A stretch of DNA of 64,000 bases from Patescibacteria group bacterium (GCA_943356485.1 CALRFD010000001.1:137716-201715), one strand, 5' to 3'; positions 29,751-41,913 are shown, counted from the first letter of the stretch. Notes: generated by a model from the sequence alone, not told the origin. A program made the numbers and translations.

Positions 29751-30611
29751 ATGGAAAAAGCAATTTTAAAAACTCTGATCTATGCAAATATCTTTGCCTA
29801 TCCCTTAAAAGGGTATGAAGTTTACAAATGGCTGGTTAAAAAGCCAACAACCCTTCTGCAGGTAGAGGCAGGTTTAAATAGACTGATAAAAAAAAGAAAG
29901 GTGGAATTTTTTAAAGGATATTATTTTTTGTCAAAGGAAAAATCGATAGTTCTAAAAAGAATCAGACGGGAAAAATATTCAAAAACTTTATATAAAAAAG
30001 CAATATTGTTTGCCCAAATTTTGAAAATAATTCCCTGGATAAAGTTGGTGGGAATCTCCGGTGGATTGGCGCTAAACGATGCAGATAAAAAAGATGATGT
30101 TGATTTATTTATCATAACTGCGGGCAGTAGACTTTGGTTATCCAGGCTTTTGGCAATTTTAATACTTGATCTTTTTAGGATCAGGAGAAAGGCAGGAATG
30201 AGTCGGAAAGATACTAAAGGTAAAGTTTGTTTAAATACTGTTATTGATGAAGGCTTTTTAGAACAAAAATTTAAAGATCTGTTTATTGCCCATGAAGTTT
30301 TACAGATGAAAGTTATCTGGCAAAGAGAGGGGATTTATTCCAGGTATTTAAATGATAATGATTGGGCGTTTAATTTTTTGCCAAACTGGACTTCCAGGAT
30401 AAAATATTTAAAAGCCAGACTTGATGAAGGATCTAATTTTTTTAATATTGTGGAAAGATTAGCCAAAAAATTACAAATAAAAATTATGCAAAAGCCAAAT
30501 GGATTAGAAAGAATAGAAGAGGGCGGTTTATACTTTTATCCAAATGACTACCGGGCGCAAATATTAAAGTTATATAATCAAAGAACTAAAAGATTTTCTA
30601 GCACCACTTGA
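29751..30611 (+). CDS. Conserved hypothetical protein with a nucleotidyltransferase-like motif
   Basis: GISGGLA......DDVDLFII resembles the polymerase-beta NTase G[GS]..DxD signature. Confidence 0.7.
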   Translation: MEKAILKTLIYANIFAYPLKGYEVYKWLVKKPTTLLQVEAGLNRLIKKRKVEFFKGYYFLSKEKSIVLKRIRREKYSKTLYKKAILFAQILKIIPWIKLVGISGGLALNDADKKDDVDLFIITAGSRLWLSRLLAILILDLFRIRRKAGMSRKDTKGKVCLNTVIDEGFLEQKFKDLFIAHEVLQMKVIWQREGIYSRYLNDNDWAFNFLPNWTSRIKYLKARLDEGSNFFNIVERLAKKLQIKIMQKPNGLERIEEGGLYFYPNDYRAQILKLYNQRTKRFSSTT

Positions 30612-30637
30612 CAAGGTTTGCTAATGTTTGGTATAAC
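30598..30637 (+). promoter_or_regulatory. groESL promoter with a degenerate CIRCE-like operator
   Basis: CTAGCACCA-N9-GTTTGCTAA (30598-30624) versus CIRCE TTAGCACTC-N9-GAGTGCTAA; it overlaps TTGACA (30608) and is followed by TATAAC (30632). Confidence 0.55.
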
Positions 30638-30670
30638 TCATCACACGAACCTGCCTCAGTCTTTTTTCAT

Positions 30671-30994
30671 ATGTCAAAAGTCGATAAAAAAATAGTTTCT
30701 AAGGTTAGTATTAAGCCCCTGATGGGCTATGTATTAGTTGATCCCTCCGGTGCAGATACTAAAACTGCCTCCGGGATATATCTTCCGGAATCAGCTCAAG
30801 AAAAACCAGCCCAGGGAATAGTTCTATCAGTTGGGGAAGAGATGGTATTTGATAATGGCAAAACGCTAAAATCTCCGGTTAGGGCTGGCGATAAAGTGGT
30901 CTATAAAAAATGGGGCGGGGATGAGATAAAAGTTGATGGGAAAGAGTTAAAGTTAGTAAAATTCGACGACTTAATGGCAATTTTGGAGAACTAA
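30671..30994 (+). CDS. groES: Co-chaperonin GroES
   Basis: IKPL, KTASGIYLP.SAQEKP, GD.V.YKKWGG.E. Start moved to ATG 30671. Confidence 0.95.
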   Translation: MSKVDKKIVSKVSIKPLMGYVLVDPSGADTKTASGIYLPESAQEKPAQGIVLSVGEEMVFDNGKTLKSPVRAGDKVVYKKWGGDEIKVDGKELKLVKFDDLMAILEN

Positions 30995-30995
30995 T

Positions 30996-32931
<1,936 letters not shown>

Positions 32932-32938
32932 CTTGCCA

Positions 32939-33592
32939 TTAACCGAATATAGCTTGAAAGGCTTTTGCAAAGCCTCTTAAAAAAGAAGGCCTTGGCCGGT
33001 ATACTTTTGGCTCCCAGTTGTTAGTAAATATATACTTGGTAAGGAGTATCGGAGTATCTTCTGATAATTTATCTACAGATGAAATATCTTGTTCTTGTAA
33101 TGAAAAATGCCGGTAAATTACCCGGTAAATTGGCTCTTGCAGCACTACAACTTTTTGATAAACATTTCCTGTGTGTTCGACCTCCCTGTATTCCTTTATT
33201 AAGCCGAGTAGTATGAGCCGGTCTTCAGGTTCTTGTCCAAGCTGTGCGGATCCTTTATCAAAAAGTGCAACGTCTGTTTCTGCATCAATAGTAGGTATCT
33301 TATCTGGTCTGATCCTTTGTCTGGTCAGGCTTTCAACAAAACTATGAATGGGGCTAAACTTTTTTTTATCCGGTAAGGGTAAGGCATCTGTTGCAGAAGC
33401 TTTTATAAATTCATTAGCTTCCCGGAAGATGCTTTCTAATCTGGGGTTATTAAATCTTTGTGATCTAAATCCTTTTAAATTTAAGGTTCCATTCCGATTA
33501 ATTATTAGGTTACCTAAATCTTTATTATCAGAAGCTGATGCAGACCAGCCTGACTGTGTTTCGGTTATAAAAATAGATTTGAACTCAGCCAT
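32939..33592 (-). CDS. Hypothetical protein (217 aa)
   Basis: ORF with TAGAAT 6 nt upstream of the ATG. Confidence 0.75.
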   Translation of the reverse strand: MAEFKSIFITETQSGWSASASDNKDLGNLIINRNGTLNLKGFRSQRFNNPRLESIFREANEFIKASATDALPLPDKKKFSPIHSFVESLTRQRIRPDKIPTIDAETDVALFDKGSAQLGQEPEDRLILLGLIKEYREVEHTGNVYQKVVVLQEPIYRVIYRHFSLQEQDISSVDKLSEDTPILLTKYIFTNNWEPKVYRPRPSFLRGFAKAFQAIFG

Positions 33593-33651
33593 TGGTGGAT
33601 TCTAGCAAAAAGTCTTACTCGTAGCAACCTTAATCTGCTACAATTAGTTTA

Positions 33652-34245
33652 ATGGCTAAGTTTCACTACCGTGAATCTCCAACAGAGAAACAAAAAACGG
33701 CTTTTAAAAAATACTTATCAGAAGATGAGGAGCTGGTTTTAGTCACAGGATTATCAAGTGCTTATTTAAGAAACAAATTCGTCATATATTTGTTTTTTCC
33801 AGGACTATTATTTTTTAGTATTGGTCTGGGACTAGGTTGGCTTTTAAGTCTGGGGAAAGTTTGGGCGTTAAGTTTAGGTTTGATTGGTTTGAGTCTAGCT
33901 ACAATTTTAAAAACAATGCATCTGCATCACTCAAATAGATATTTATTAACAACCAGAAGAATAGTCATAAAAAAGGGGCTGCTATCAGTCAAACTTACTG
34001 CCGCGCTGTACGATAAAATTACCCACCTGGAGGTTGATCAATCTTTTATAGACAGGTTACTTCTGCATCATGGAACAATAATTATTAATACTGCCGGGTT
34101 AAACAAAGGAGAGATTAACTTATCATATGTAGACTATCCGCTAGAGCTGAAGAATCTATTGGAAAGGTTAATAAATCGCGAAAGAGAACAGTTTGGTTTA
34201 AGGGGAGCGACCTTAACCGAAGTAGAAGGTGAAATTATTTCTTAA
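33652..34245 (+). CDS. Membrane protein with a bacterial PH (bPH_2-like) domain
   Basis: Two TMs, then YLLTTRRIVIKKGLL...KI..LEV.QS...RLL..GTI.INTAG. Confidence 0.8.
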   Translation: MAKFHYRESPTEKQKTAFKKYLSEDEELVLVTGLSSAYLRNKFVIYLFFPGLLFFSIGLGLGWLLSLGKVWALSLGLIGLSLATILKTMHLHHSNRYLLTTRRIVIKKGLLSVKLTAALYDKITHLEVDQSFIDRLLLHHGTIIINTAGLNKGEINLSYVDYPLELKNLLERLINREREQFGLRGATLTEVEGEIIS

Positions 34246-34936
34246 CGATAGTTGTCGCAGTAGGCATGTCCGGAAGTGTTGGGAGCAGTCCTAAAGGGTC
34301 GATGTATACTCCATTATGTGTAATCTCTAAGTGGGTATGTGGGCCGGAAGTGTGTCCGGTTAAGCCTACTTCCCCCAGAGTATTATCGGTTGTTAGCTTA
34401 TCTCCTTTTTTTACATAAATTTTACCTAAATGAGCGTACTTGGAAGTAAAATTATTTTGATGAGACAGTGTTACATAATTCCCCAGGCCAAAAATATCAA
34501 AACCCGCATCAATTACCTCCCCGTCTATAATCGGATGGATCGGCATGCCCAGTCCTGAGGCGATATCAATACCAGGATGCCAGGTGGAAAATCTGGTAGA
34601 CAAATAACCGGGATGAGGAAGCGCTAAAGGTTTACTGAAAGATGCAGATATAACTTCAGCTTTTTGCTCTTTGCTTTGGGCAAAAACAAAGGATTTTTTT
34701 ATAGGAGGGACTCCTAATGTCGGGTAATACCCTAAAAGGGAGAAAGAAATAATAAATACCAAAGTAAGCCATCGAAACCATCTGACTGGAACCACAGGCT
34801 TAATTTTAAAAAGTCTATAATTTTGGGCGACCCGTTTAAAGACTTTCCTAGGCAGAAGGTTTTTAAACTGATTTTTCAAACCAGAGCCCCAATTTATTGT
34901 TGGGGCGGATGTAAATTCTAGCAAAATTAAGCTCAA
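34235..34936 (-). CDS. M23 family metallopeptidase
   Basis: HPGIDIA, YAHL, G.TG.TSGPHTHLEI. Start uncertain. Confidence 0.9.
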   Translation of the reverse strand: MSLILLEFTSAPTINWGSGLKNQFKNLLPRKVFKRVAQNYRLFKIKPVVPVRWFRWLTLVFIISFSLLGYYPTLGVPPIKKSFVFAQSKEQKAEVISASFSKPLALPHPGYLSTRFSTWHPGIDIASGLGMPIHPIIDGEVIDAGFDIFGLGNYVTLSHQNNFTSKYAHLGKIYVKKGDKLTTDNTLGEVGLTGHTSGPHTHLEITHNGVYIDPLGLLPTLPDMPTATTIVKK

Positions 34937-35000
34937 AAGTCAAAAATCCAAAGGTTAGAAGATTCTCCTTGCCAGTGTATAATGTATCCAGCTACCTCTT

Positions 35001-35816
35001 ATGAAAAAAACACTGACCTGGATTTTAATTTTGCTAAGTATTGTTGTTTTAATAATCAGGTTTAGCTCCTCTGCAGAGGAGCTGCTGTTTGGGATAAAAC
35101 AAAAAAGTGGAATTTCAGTTTTGTCTACTCCTGAAGATGCAACAGTATCTTTAGATGGGAAAGATGTCGGTAAAACGCCCTATGAGGATAAAAATTTAGC
35201 TGTTAAGGAATATTCTATTAAAATTGAAAAAGACAAATCAGTTTGGCAAGCCAAACTAAACCTGATTGCCGGTACAGTGGCTGTAATAAACAGGGATCTC
35301 TCCCCGGATGAAGCCTCATCAGCAGGCGAGATCTTAACTTTGAAAAAAGGTACGGGGATAACTGTTGTTTCCAGCCCTGCAGATGTAAATGTAGAGATAG
35401 ATGGTAAGTCTCTTGGTAAAACACCCAATACTTTTGATATCAAGCCAGGTGAGCATACAATTATATTAAGCCATATTAACTTTCAAAATAGAAGCATAAA
35501 AGCAAAATTACCGGAAGGCTTTAATTTAACTGTCTCCTCTGATCTAGCCATTTCTGAAGCTGATTTAACCACCATTTCGACTCCGGTTATTACTCAAACC
35601 CCGGAAGTTATAGTCAAAAATACTCCCACAGGATTCTTAAGGGTTAGAGATAAAGCCTCGCTCAGTGGTAAGGAAATTGCCCAGGTAAAGGTGGGTGAGG
35701 CATTAATCCTCCTGGAAGAGCTAGGATCCTGGGATCGGGTCAGATTGTCAAATAATACAGAAGGTTTTGTTTCAAGCAGCTATGTTGAAAAGAAAAATAC
35801 TCAAGCCCCTAAATAG
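35001..35816 (+). CDS. Secreted/anchored PEGA-domain plus SH3-like domain protein
   Basis: Two S.P..A.V..DG...GKTP units; C-terminal LRVR...W.RV....GFVS..YV. Confidence 0.85.
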   Translation: MKKTLTWILILLSIVVLIIRFSSSAEELLFGIKQKSGISVLSTPEDATVSLDGKDVGKTPYEDKNLAVKEYSIKIEKDKSVWQAKLNLIAGTVAVINRDLSPDEASSAGEILTLKKGTGITVVSSPADVNVEIDGKSLGKTPNTFDIKPGEHTIILSHINFQNRSIKAKLPEGFNLTVSSDLAISEADLTTISTPVITQTPEVIVKNTPTGFLRVRDKASLSGKEIAQVKVGEALILLEELGSWDRVRLSNNTEGFVSSSYVEKKNTQAPK

Positions 35817-36733
35817 TAGATAATTCCAATGACCATTAAAATATAGATAATAGCAGATGAAAGCAAAGGTTTGTCTGATAATAAAACCCGCTCCGGTGAC
35901 TCGCCTTCTTTTTTCTCATAAATAATATACAGATATCTCATAACAGCGTAGATAACAATCGGTACCGTGGCCATTAAATATTTGACCTCTTTAAAAGGCA
36001 GTTCAAATCCGCCTAAGAAAGAAGACAGAACATGTCTGGCCTGGATCGGCGGCTGCAGAAAAGCAAAAAAAGCATAGGAAAGCCAGGTAGCTGTGGCAAA
36101 CATGGCAGTTAAGATATCTAAAAGATTTTCCGGATAATGCAGTAGGGTTTCCCGGTGGGCAGAGGCTTTTCCTTCCATTAAGGTTCTCTCAGAACGTCTT
36201 TTCCCGATTGCCAAAAACAGAGCAAAAGAGGTGATGGAAAGTAAAAACCAGACGTTTAAATGAGCATCAATTGCCCAAACTCCCCCATAAACTCGGAGGA
36301 CAAACCCGGCGGCAATTACTAAAACATCGATTAAGATCAACTGTTTAAGATAGGAGGAATATAGCAGTTGCATAATTAAATATGTTAAGGAAGCAAAGAA
36401 AAATGCAGGAGATAATTTATAAGCAAAAGGTAGGAAAACTACAATAAGGGAAAGTGCTAAACCGACTGCCAATGGAACAGGAACTATACCGGAGGCGATC
36501 GGCCTTTTTTTCTTGAAGGGATGAAGTTTGTCCCGTTCAATATCGAAAACGTCATTTAAAAGATAAGTAGCAGATGAAAAGATGCAAAAAAGCAAAAAAG
36601 CCTCGGTTGCTTTTAATTGATTTATTAAGTCAAATAAAGTTCCGGAAAAAATTAACGCCGCATATACAGCGAAATTTTTTATCCATTGTCTGGGTCTGAG
36701 TGCTTTAAGAATTCCCCAAAAAAGTTTAACCAT
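35801..36733 (-). CDS. UbiA-family prenyltransferase, decaprenyl-phosphate phosphoribosyltransferase-like
   Basis: RPRQWIKN, Y..ND..D...D..HP.K..RPIASG, GFVLR, KRRSE, ESPE..LL.D. Confidence 0.88.
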   Translation of the reverse strand: MVKLFWGILKALRPRQWIKNFAVYAALIFSGTLFDLINQLKATEAFLLFCIFSSATYLLNDVFDIERDKLHPFKKKRPIASGIVPVPLAVGLALSLIVVFLPFAYKLSPAFFFASLTYLIMQLLYSSYLKQLILIDVLVIAAGFVLRVYGGVWAIDAHLNVWFLLSITSFALFLAIGKRRSERTLMEGKASAHRETLLHYPENLLDILTAMFATATWLSYAFFAFLQPPIQARHVLSSFLGGFELPFKEVKYLMATVPIVIYAVMRYLYIIYEKKEGESPERVLLSDKPLLSSAIIYILMVIGIIYYLGA

Positions 36734-37764
36734 AATATTGTACCAAGTATTATTATCGCAACTAATATTGCCGCAAATAATTTTCCTGAAGAGGATAAAC
36801 TTAATGCTGCTGCACCCAGAATAACACTTCCTAAAATGTAAAACAAGGCTATTTGACGATGAGAAAATCCTTTCTCCAACAGTTTATGGTGCAGATGTCC
36901 CCTGTCACCCCAAACAGGGGATTTACCCTGGAGGATTCTGCGGAAAAAAGTATAAGCAAAATCAGTGGCCGGAATTAAAAGAACTAACCCAGCTGTAGCC
37001 AGTTTTGCCCCTGAAAGAATCGAAAGGGTGGCAATCATAAACCCTAAGATAGTTGATCCGGAAAATCCCGGAAAAATTTTTGCCGGATACCAATTAAAAA
37101 TTAAAAGGGCAAAAGAAGAAGCGGATGTGATAAAAGCAATTTTTGCCACATTTATCTGCTGTGGATCATGGAATAAATTAATCTTCAAAGATAAGATTCC
37201 TAAAATAAAAGCAGCAACTGTGACAATGCCCGGCATCTGCCCGTCAACGCCTTTAGACCAATTAATCATATTCATCACCCAGACAATCCAAATCACTGCC
37301 AGGATATCAGCTAAAATAATTATCTGATGAAATCCAAATAGATTAAACTGCAGACTTAAGTTATTAAGTTGGATGATGCCTCCTAAAGGGTTGGTTACAA
37401 AGTCGATGCCAATGCCGGATAAAACAACAGCCGAACTTGCCAAGAACTGACTGACTAGCCTTAAATATGGAGATAAGTTTTTATACCTGTCGTCCAGAAG
37501 GCCGACTACTAGTAGAATAATTAGGGCAACTAATATTCCAAAGATATGTTTGCTTAAGGGCAAAAAAAGTAAAATAGGAAGTACAATCCCTGCAAAGTTA
37601 GCCAATCCTCCAGCTCTGGGTACAGTTCTTACTTGAGTATGGGCAGGGTGCGGTCTTAACTTTGGATTATCAACTAAATTATATTTTTTTGCCAGCTTAA
37701 TTGTTAAAGGGATAGCAGCAATTGTTGTAATGAAGGAAACAAGAGCTGGAATTAATAAATCCAT
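36679..37764 (-). CDS. MraY/WecA/TagO-family polyprenyl-phosphate HexNAc-1-P transferase
   Basis: PRAGG, GLLDD, N..N...GVDG, FNWYPAKIF.G, DRGHLHH. Confidence 0.9.
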   Translation of the reverse strand: MDLLIPALVSFITTIAAIPLTIKLAKKYNLVDNPKLRPHPAHTQVRTVPRAGGLANFAGIVLPILLFLPLSKHIFGILVALIILLVVGLLDDRYKNLSPYLRLVSQFLASSAVVLSGIGIDFVTNPLGGIIQLNNLSLQFNLFGFHQIIILADILAVIWIVWVMNMINWSKGVDGQMPGIVTVAAFILGILSLKINLFHDPQQINVAKIAFITSASSFALLIFNWYPAKIFPGFSGSTILGFMIATLSILSGAKLATAGLVLLIPATDFAYTFFRRILQGKSPVWGDRGHLHHKLLEKGFSHRQIALFYILGSVILGAAALSLSSSGKLFAAILVAIIILGTILWLNFFGEFLKHSDPDNG

Positions 37765-37769
37765 GTTAG

Positions 37770-38135
37770 TTAAATAAAAATTAAAACTATTTTAATAAAA
37801 GTTACAGCTAAAAGGATGCCGATTATTAACGGACTGATAAGGAGAACCCTCTTAAAAAAATATTGAGAAGGATGAAGCTGCCAGGAAATACTTAAGTTTA
37901 AAAGTGAGATTAAGGCGATACTTAAAGGTAACACAAAAAACTGCTGATGGTTAGCAAGCTGTTGGTTGCCCCATGAAAGAGAATAAAATAAGGGCATCTT
38001 AGCAGGCAGGAATTTGAAAAAAATTAAGATGGTTATCATAATGAGTAAAGCAATTAACAGCGATGATAAGTTAATCCATAAATAGATTTTACTTAAATCC
38101 TTTTTGCCGTTTATGTCATTTTTCAAATTTGTCAT
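37770..38135 (-). CDS. Three-TM membrane protein
   Basis: LPAKMPLFYSLSWG motif between TMs. Confidence 0.7.
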   Translation of the reverse strand: MTNLKNDINGKKDLSKIYLWINLSSLLIALLIMITILIFFKFLPAKMPLFYSLSWGNQQLANHQQFFVLPLSIALISLLNLSISWQLHPSQYFFKRVLLISPLIIGILLAVTFIKIVLIFI

Positions 38136-38138
38136 AAG

Positions 38139-39914
38139 TTATGCTTTTTCTAAAAGCCGTGATTTGTTAGTTACCCTAAATTCCAATTTCTTACCAAACA
38201 TCAAAGATGTCTGGGCATCAATTGCCGGGAATGATGAAATGGTCACTAAAATTATCGGCAGTAATATCCACTGAAGGTAGGACCAGATCCTTCTAAATAA
38301 AGACCAATTTGCAGGTCTTTTGGGGGCAGTTTTTTCATGGACATATATTGTTGCAAAAAGTCCTAAAAATGCTGCTGATAAAATCCAGGAAGATATTATT
38401 GGTAAATTTACCGATAAGACTGAGGCTTTAAAGTTCGGGTTAACCAATGGGATAAATAAACTTCCAAATGTTACAAATATAGCCAAAAATCCCCATTTTA
38501 GATCACCCCAGATTTTAAAAAGTACCCGATCTGTTTTATCCCAAAATTCTATATCCTGGGTAAAATATTTTCTAACTATAAAAGGGATATGTTCAACTCC
38601 GTAAGCCCATCTTTTAATCTGCAAATATTGATTCTGAAAGGTTTTTAAAAGTGTGGCGTCCTGGACTGCGTCTGCAGATATGGGTAAAAAATGAGGTATA
38701 ACTTTATAATCACCATTAAAATGATAATATGCCTTCCAATAAAAACCTGAATCATCGTTTACCTTATCGGGGATCCAAAGGCCAATGTCGAGTAGCCCTT
38801 TTAGGCTCAGAGACATCGATGAGTAATTTATATATTTATCAGACCCAACCAGCTCGGCCATCTGCCAAAAAGATGTGCCGGTTGCCATCAGACGCATCGG
38901 TGTAGGGGTTTGCCAATAATTGTTATGATATAAAAATACTCCGGTAAAGGTACGCTTATCCCTCTCCTCAATTGGAGTTGATAAGTATTTATGTAAAGCC
39001 CCGGCTAAAAATTGCGGGTGTATACAAAAATCTGCGTCCAGTGTGGTTACAAAAACATCTTCAGTTTTTATCTTCTTTTCTTTCAAGCTGCTAACTAAAT
39101 GCTTTACCATCCAGTTTTTATTTGACCCTTGACCGGGAACTTCTCCTTCCAATCCGTAAGGATGGGTAGTGATAAATACTGCGCCAATTTTTTTCTCAAT
39201 AGTTTTTAAGAAAGCTTTTGTCTCCTCAATTTTTTTAGGGTCGTCTCTTTCTTCAAAGCCGACAGCTAAAAAAATCTTCTGTTTAGGAAAATCGGAATTG
39301 ATGATGGCGTTAAAGGTTGGCTTAAGAATATATAGAGCTTCTTTGTAGGTCGGAAGAAGGATGATTTGATAGTAGTTATCCCAATTGTCCGGGTAATCTT
39401 TTTTCAAAAGATTTAACCAATTTTGTTGCCTTGCCCAATCCATCTTTTTGTAGCCGATAATGATTAATGCCCCAATTTTTAAGGCATTAAGCAGCCAGTA
39501 AACATCTGCTATCAGGATTAAATAAGCAACTGCATAAGGTAAGGTAAATGAAAGCCAGATAGGAGAAGTCAGGGCGATCCAGGTCATTGCCCCGGGGAGA
39601 ATTTCCAAAAATCTCTCAAAACCATTCTCGTGTTTTAAGACAAATTCTTTTTCGTAAGTCTTAAATAAGATAAACCGCTGGGAAAGTAGATGATGAATAA
39701 TCAATCCTATGCCGGAGCCAATTAAAAAAAATCCAAGCAAAACATTAACCCCTCCGTAAAATAAAAGGTTTCCGGAAAAGCCAAAAAAAGTTCCAGCAAT
39801 TATCAGGATAAATCCGAGAAGACTATAGCGGATTTTCTTGATTAAAGTTTGAAAAATTGTAGACAGGTAGAAGAAAGAGAGCATGCCGATGAAAAACATT
39901 AAGATAATTCGCAT
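38139..39914 (-). CDS. Membrane GT2-family glycosyltransferase
   Basis: LPTYKE, LDAD, DD, QIKRWAYG (QxxRW); multiple TMs. Confidence 0.88.
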   Translation of the reverse strand: MRIILMFFIGMLSFFYLSTIFQTLIKKIRYSLLGFILIIAGTFFGFSGNLLFYGGVNVLLGFFLIGSGIGLIIHHLLSQRFILFKTYEKEFVLKHENGFERFLEILPGAMTWIALTSPIWLSFTLPYAVAYLILIADVYWLLNALKIGALIIIGYKKMDWARQQNWLNLLKKDYPDNWDNYYQIILLPTYKEALYILKPTFNAIINSDFPKQKIFLAVGFEERDDPKKIEETKAFLKTIEKKIGAVFITTHPYGLEGEVPGQGSNKNWMVKHLVSSLKEKKIKTEDVFVTTLDADFCIHPQFLAGALHKYLSTPIEERDKRTFTGVFLYHNNYWQTPTPMRLMATGTSFWQMAELVGSDKYINYSSMSLSLKGLLDIGLWIPDKVNDDSGFYWKAYYHFNGDYKVIPHFLPISADAVQDATLLKTFQNQYLQIKRWAYGVEHIPFIVRKYFTQDIEFWDKTDRVLFKIWGDLKWGFLAIFVTFGSLFIPLVNPNFKASVLSVNLPIISSWILSAAFLGLFATIYVHEKTAPKRPANWSLFRRIWSYLQWILLPIILVTISSFPAIDAQTSLMFGKKLEFRVTNKSRLLEKA

Positions 39915-39936
39915 AACTTAACTTTAAGTTTACCCA

Positions 39937-39959
39937 GTTGAAGCTAAGAAAGCAACTAA
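39937..39959 (+). repeat. 23-bp direct repeat, left copy
   Basis: GTTGAAGCTAAGAAAGCAACTAA, identical to 42291-42313. Confidence 0.9.
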
Positions 39960-39989
39960 CCTGGATTTACTCTTTGTTATAATAAAAAG

Positions 39990-41543
39990 ATGGATGGAGT
40001 TAGTAGAGAGGTAGAGTTAATAAATGTAGTGCCAGAAGCAGAAGCTTTTAATGTGAGTAAATACGAGAGCATGTCTAATCTTATGGATAGATTCAAAAAT
40101 ATTTTTACGGATAGTAGTGCGCGAAATTTTTTAGGAGACGTTCGGGAAAATAGAGAAATATTAAGTGAATCTTTAAAACATGACCAATATGTGCTACCAA
40201 CCCTTCAAATTATCAGAACAATTCAAAGAGCTGGAAATAATGATCGTTTACATGAACAGATGTATGAGTTTAGAAAACTTGGTCACGAGTTATTAGCTGA
40301 TAACTTATTGGGTATTGATCAGGCAGTACAAAGATTAAATGATCCATCTTGCCTGCAACTTGCAATGAAGTTAGTAGCTAATAGGTTCACAGAAAGAATA
40401 TATTTTAAAGAAGATTTTCCTTCAGAAGGGATAGGCTTTCTTATTAGACACTTTGAAGAAGGACTAAGAATAAACGGTAACTTTGTTGATTTAGAAGCTC
40501 AGGGTAGAACCTCGTTTCCTATAAACTATCAGTATCTAGCTTGTTGTCTGTTTGAAAGTATGGATGTTAGTCAACAAGATAAAGCAATACAAATGTTAAA
40601 ACATGCAGTTGAGAGTCCTGACATCAAATTGTCTGCTCTAAGCATTATAAGTGGTTTAATAGGTGATGATAAAACTCCCAGCAAGGTACAAACTGAGATA
40701 CGAACGGGTCTAATAGATCCAATGATGGAAAAGTTTGGTCTTGATTATGATAAGTTATTAAAGTCATGGTCAATGATTGGTAATGGAAGATCAGATACTT
40801 ATTTTTATACGCGGGTTAATCTAAATGAAATATTTTCTTTGGAAGAGTCCCACCCAGGAATTTGTAAAGTTTTAATGAATGAATTTGGCATAAGTAATTT
40901 TAACCGTTACCCAAAGGAATTATTAATAGATATGTACGAGCAAAGGGATAATTCAAATATTCCCTATGGTTTAATGCTATATCCAAAAGCAGATCATAAC
41001 GGCGCTTTTTATCCCATTAAAGGATTAATCGGTGAATTTTACCAGCAATTAAAGGGATTGGGGTATGGTATGCGTATATATGAAACTGGGAGTAAAAACG
41101 AGATAGCCAGGGCATTTATAAGTTCAAAAAAACGCTACGGCTTAGATAATAAGCCGGCTTTTGTAATTCTGGCAGGTCATGGAAATCCTAACTCAATTGT
41201 CTTTGGTGAGATTCAAAATGGAGGCATTGTAATAGATAAAAAAAATGCAAGAAGTATAATAAGTCAAGCTGATTTTGAAGGAAAAGGAGTTAAAAGAATT
41301 GGTGAGTTTATCGCAGATAATGCAAATATTGTCCTTATTTCCTGTTCAACAGGGGTTGTTGGAGGAATAGCGCAGAAAATTTCTGATACTTACTCTGGAG
41401 TTGTAGTTACTGCACCTGAAGTTGATACTAACCTAAGCGGTTTGGAAGTTACAAGAGATGATCAGGGTGCGTTAAAGTTTACAGTTTCATACCACTCTGG
41501 TGACACTAAATTCTTTACCGACGGTAAAAATATTCAGTCCTGA
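39990..41543 (+). CDS. Hypothetical protein with a C-terminal putative clan-CD (caspase-like fold) His-Cys dyad
   Basis: FVILAGHG ... IVLISCSTG pattern. Confidence 0.7.
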   Translation: MDGVSREVELINVVPEAEAFNVSKYESMSNLMDRFKNIFTDSSARNFLGDVRENREILSESLKHDQYVLPTLQIIRTIQRAGNNDRLHEQMYEFRKLGHELLADNLLGIDQAVQRLNDPSCLQLAMKLVANRFTERIYFKEDFPSEGIGFLIRHFEEGLRINGNFVDLEAQGRTSFPINYQYLACCLFESMDVSQQDKAIQMLKHAVESPDIKLSALSIISGLIGDDKTPSKVQTEIRTGLIDPMMEKFGLDYDKLLKSWSMIGNGRSDTYFYTRVNLNEIFSLEESHPGICKVLMNEFGISNFNRYPKELLIDMYEQRDNSNIPYGLMLYPKADHNGAFYPIKGLIGEFYQQLKGLGYGMRIYETGSKNEIARAFISSKKRYGLDNKPAFVILAGHGNPNSIVFGEIQNGGIVIDKKNARSIISQADFEGKGVKRIGEFIADNANIVLISCSTGVVGGIAQKISDTYSGVVVTAPEVDTNLSGLEVTRDDQGALKFTVSYHSGDTKFFTDGKNIQS

Positions 41544-41622
41544 TGGTTTTCTTTTACTTACCAATCAAACATTATTGTTTGACTATTGACAGATTATACA
41601 AAAACAATATAATTGTATTATT

Positions 41623-41913
41623 ATGCAAAGGATTATTGTTCAGGTTCCTATGACGAGAGAGTTAAAAGATAAAGCAGAGATTATTTCCGCTGACTTAGGA
41701 TTTTCTTCTTTACAAGAAACTATTAGAGTGCTTTTAACCAAGCTTTCCAAAAAAGAGTTTAGTCTAAGAGTAGAAGAAGAGCAGGAACAGCCAAGTCAAT
41801 ATTTACTTTCTGCAATGAAAAAGGCAAGAGCAAACAGAAAGACGGGCAAAGCATCTCCTGTTTTTGATAATGCCAAAGACGCACTTAAATTTTTAGATGA
41901 ACAAGGTATATGA
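41623..41913 (+). CDS. RelB-like antitoxin
   Basis: 96 aa, RHH-like N-terminus, C-terminal SPVFDNAKDALKFL; ATGA-coupled to the toxin; TTGACA-16-TATAAT promoter. Confidence 0.75.
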   Translation: MQRIIVQVPMTRELKDKAEIISADLGFSSLQETIRVLLTKLSKKEFSLRVEEEQEQPSQYLLSAMKKARANRKTGKASPVFDNAKDALKFLDEQGI

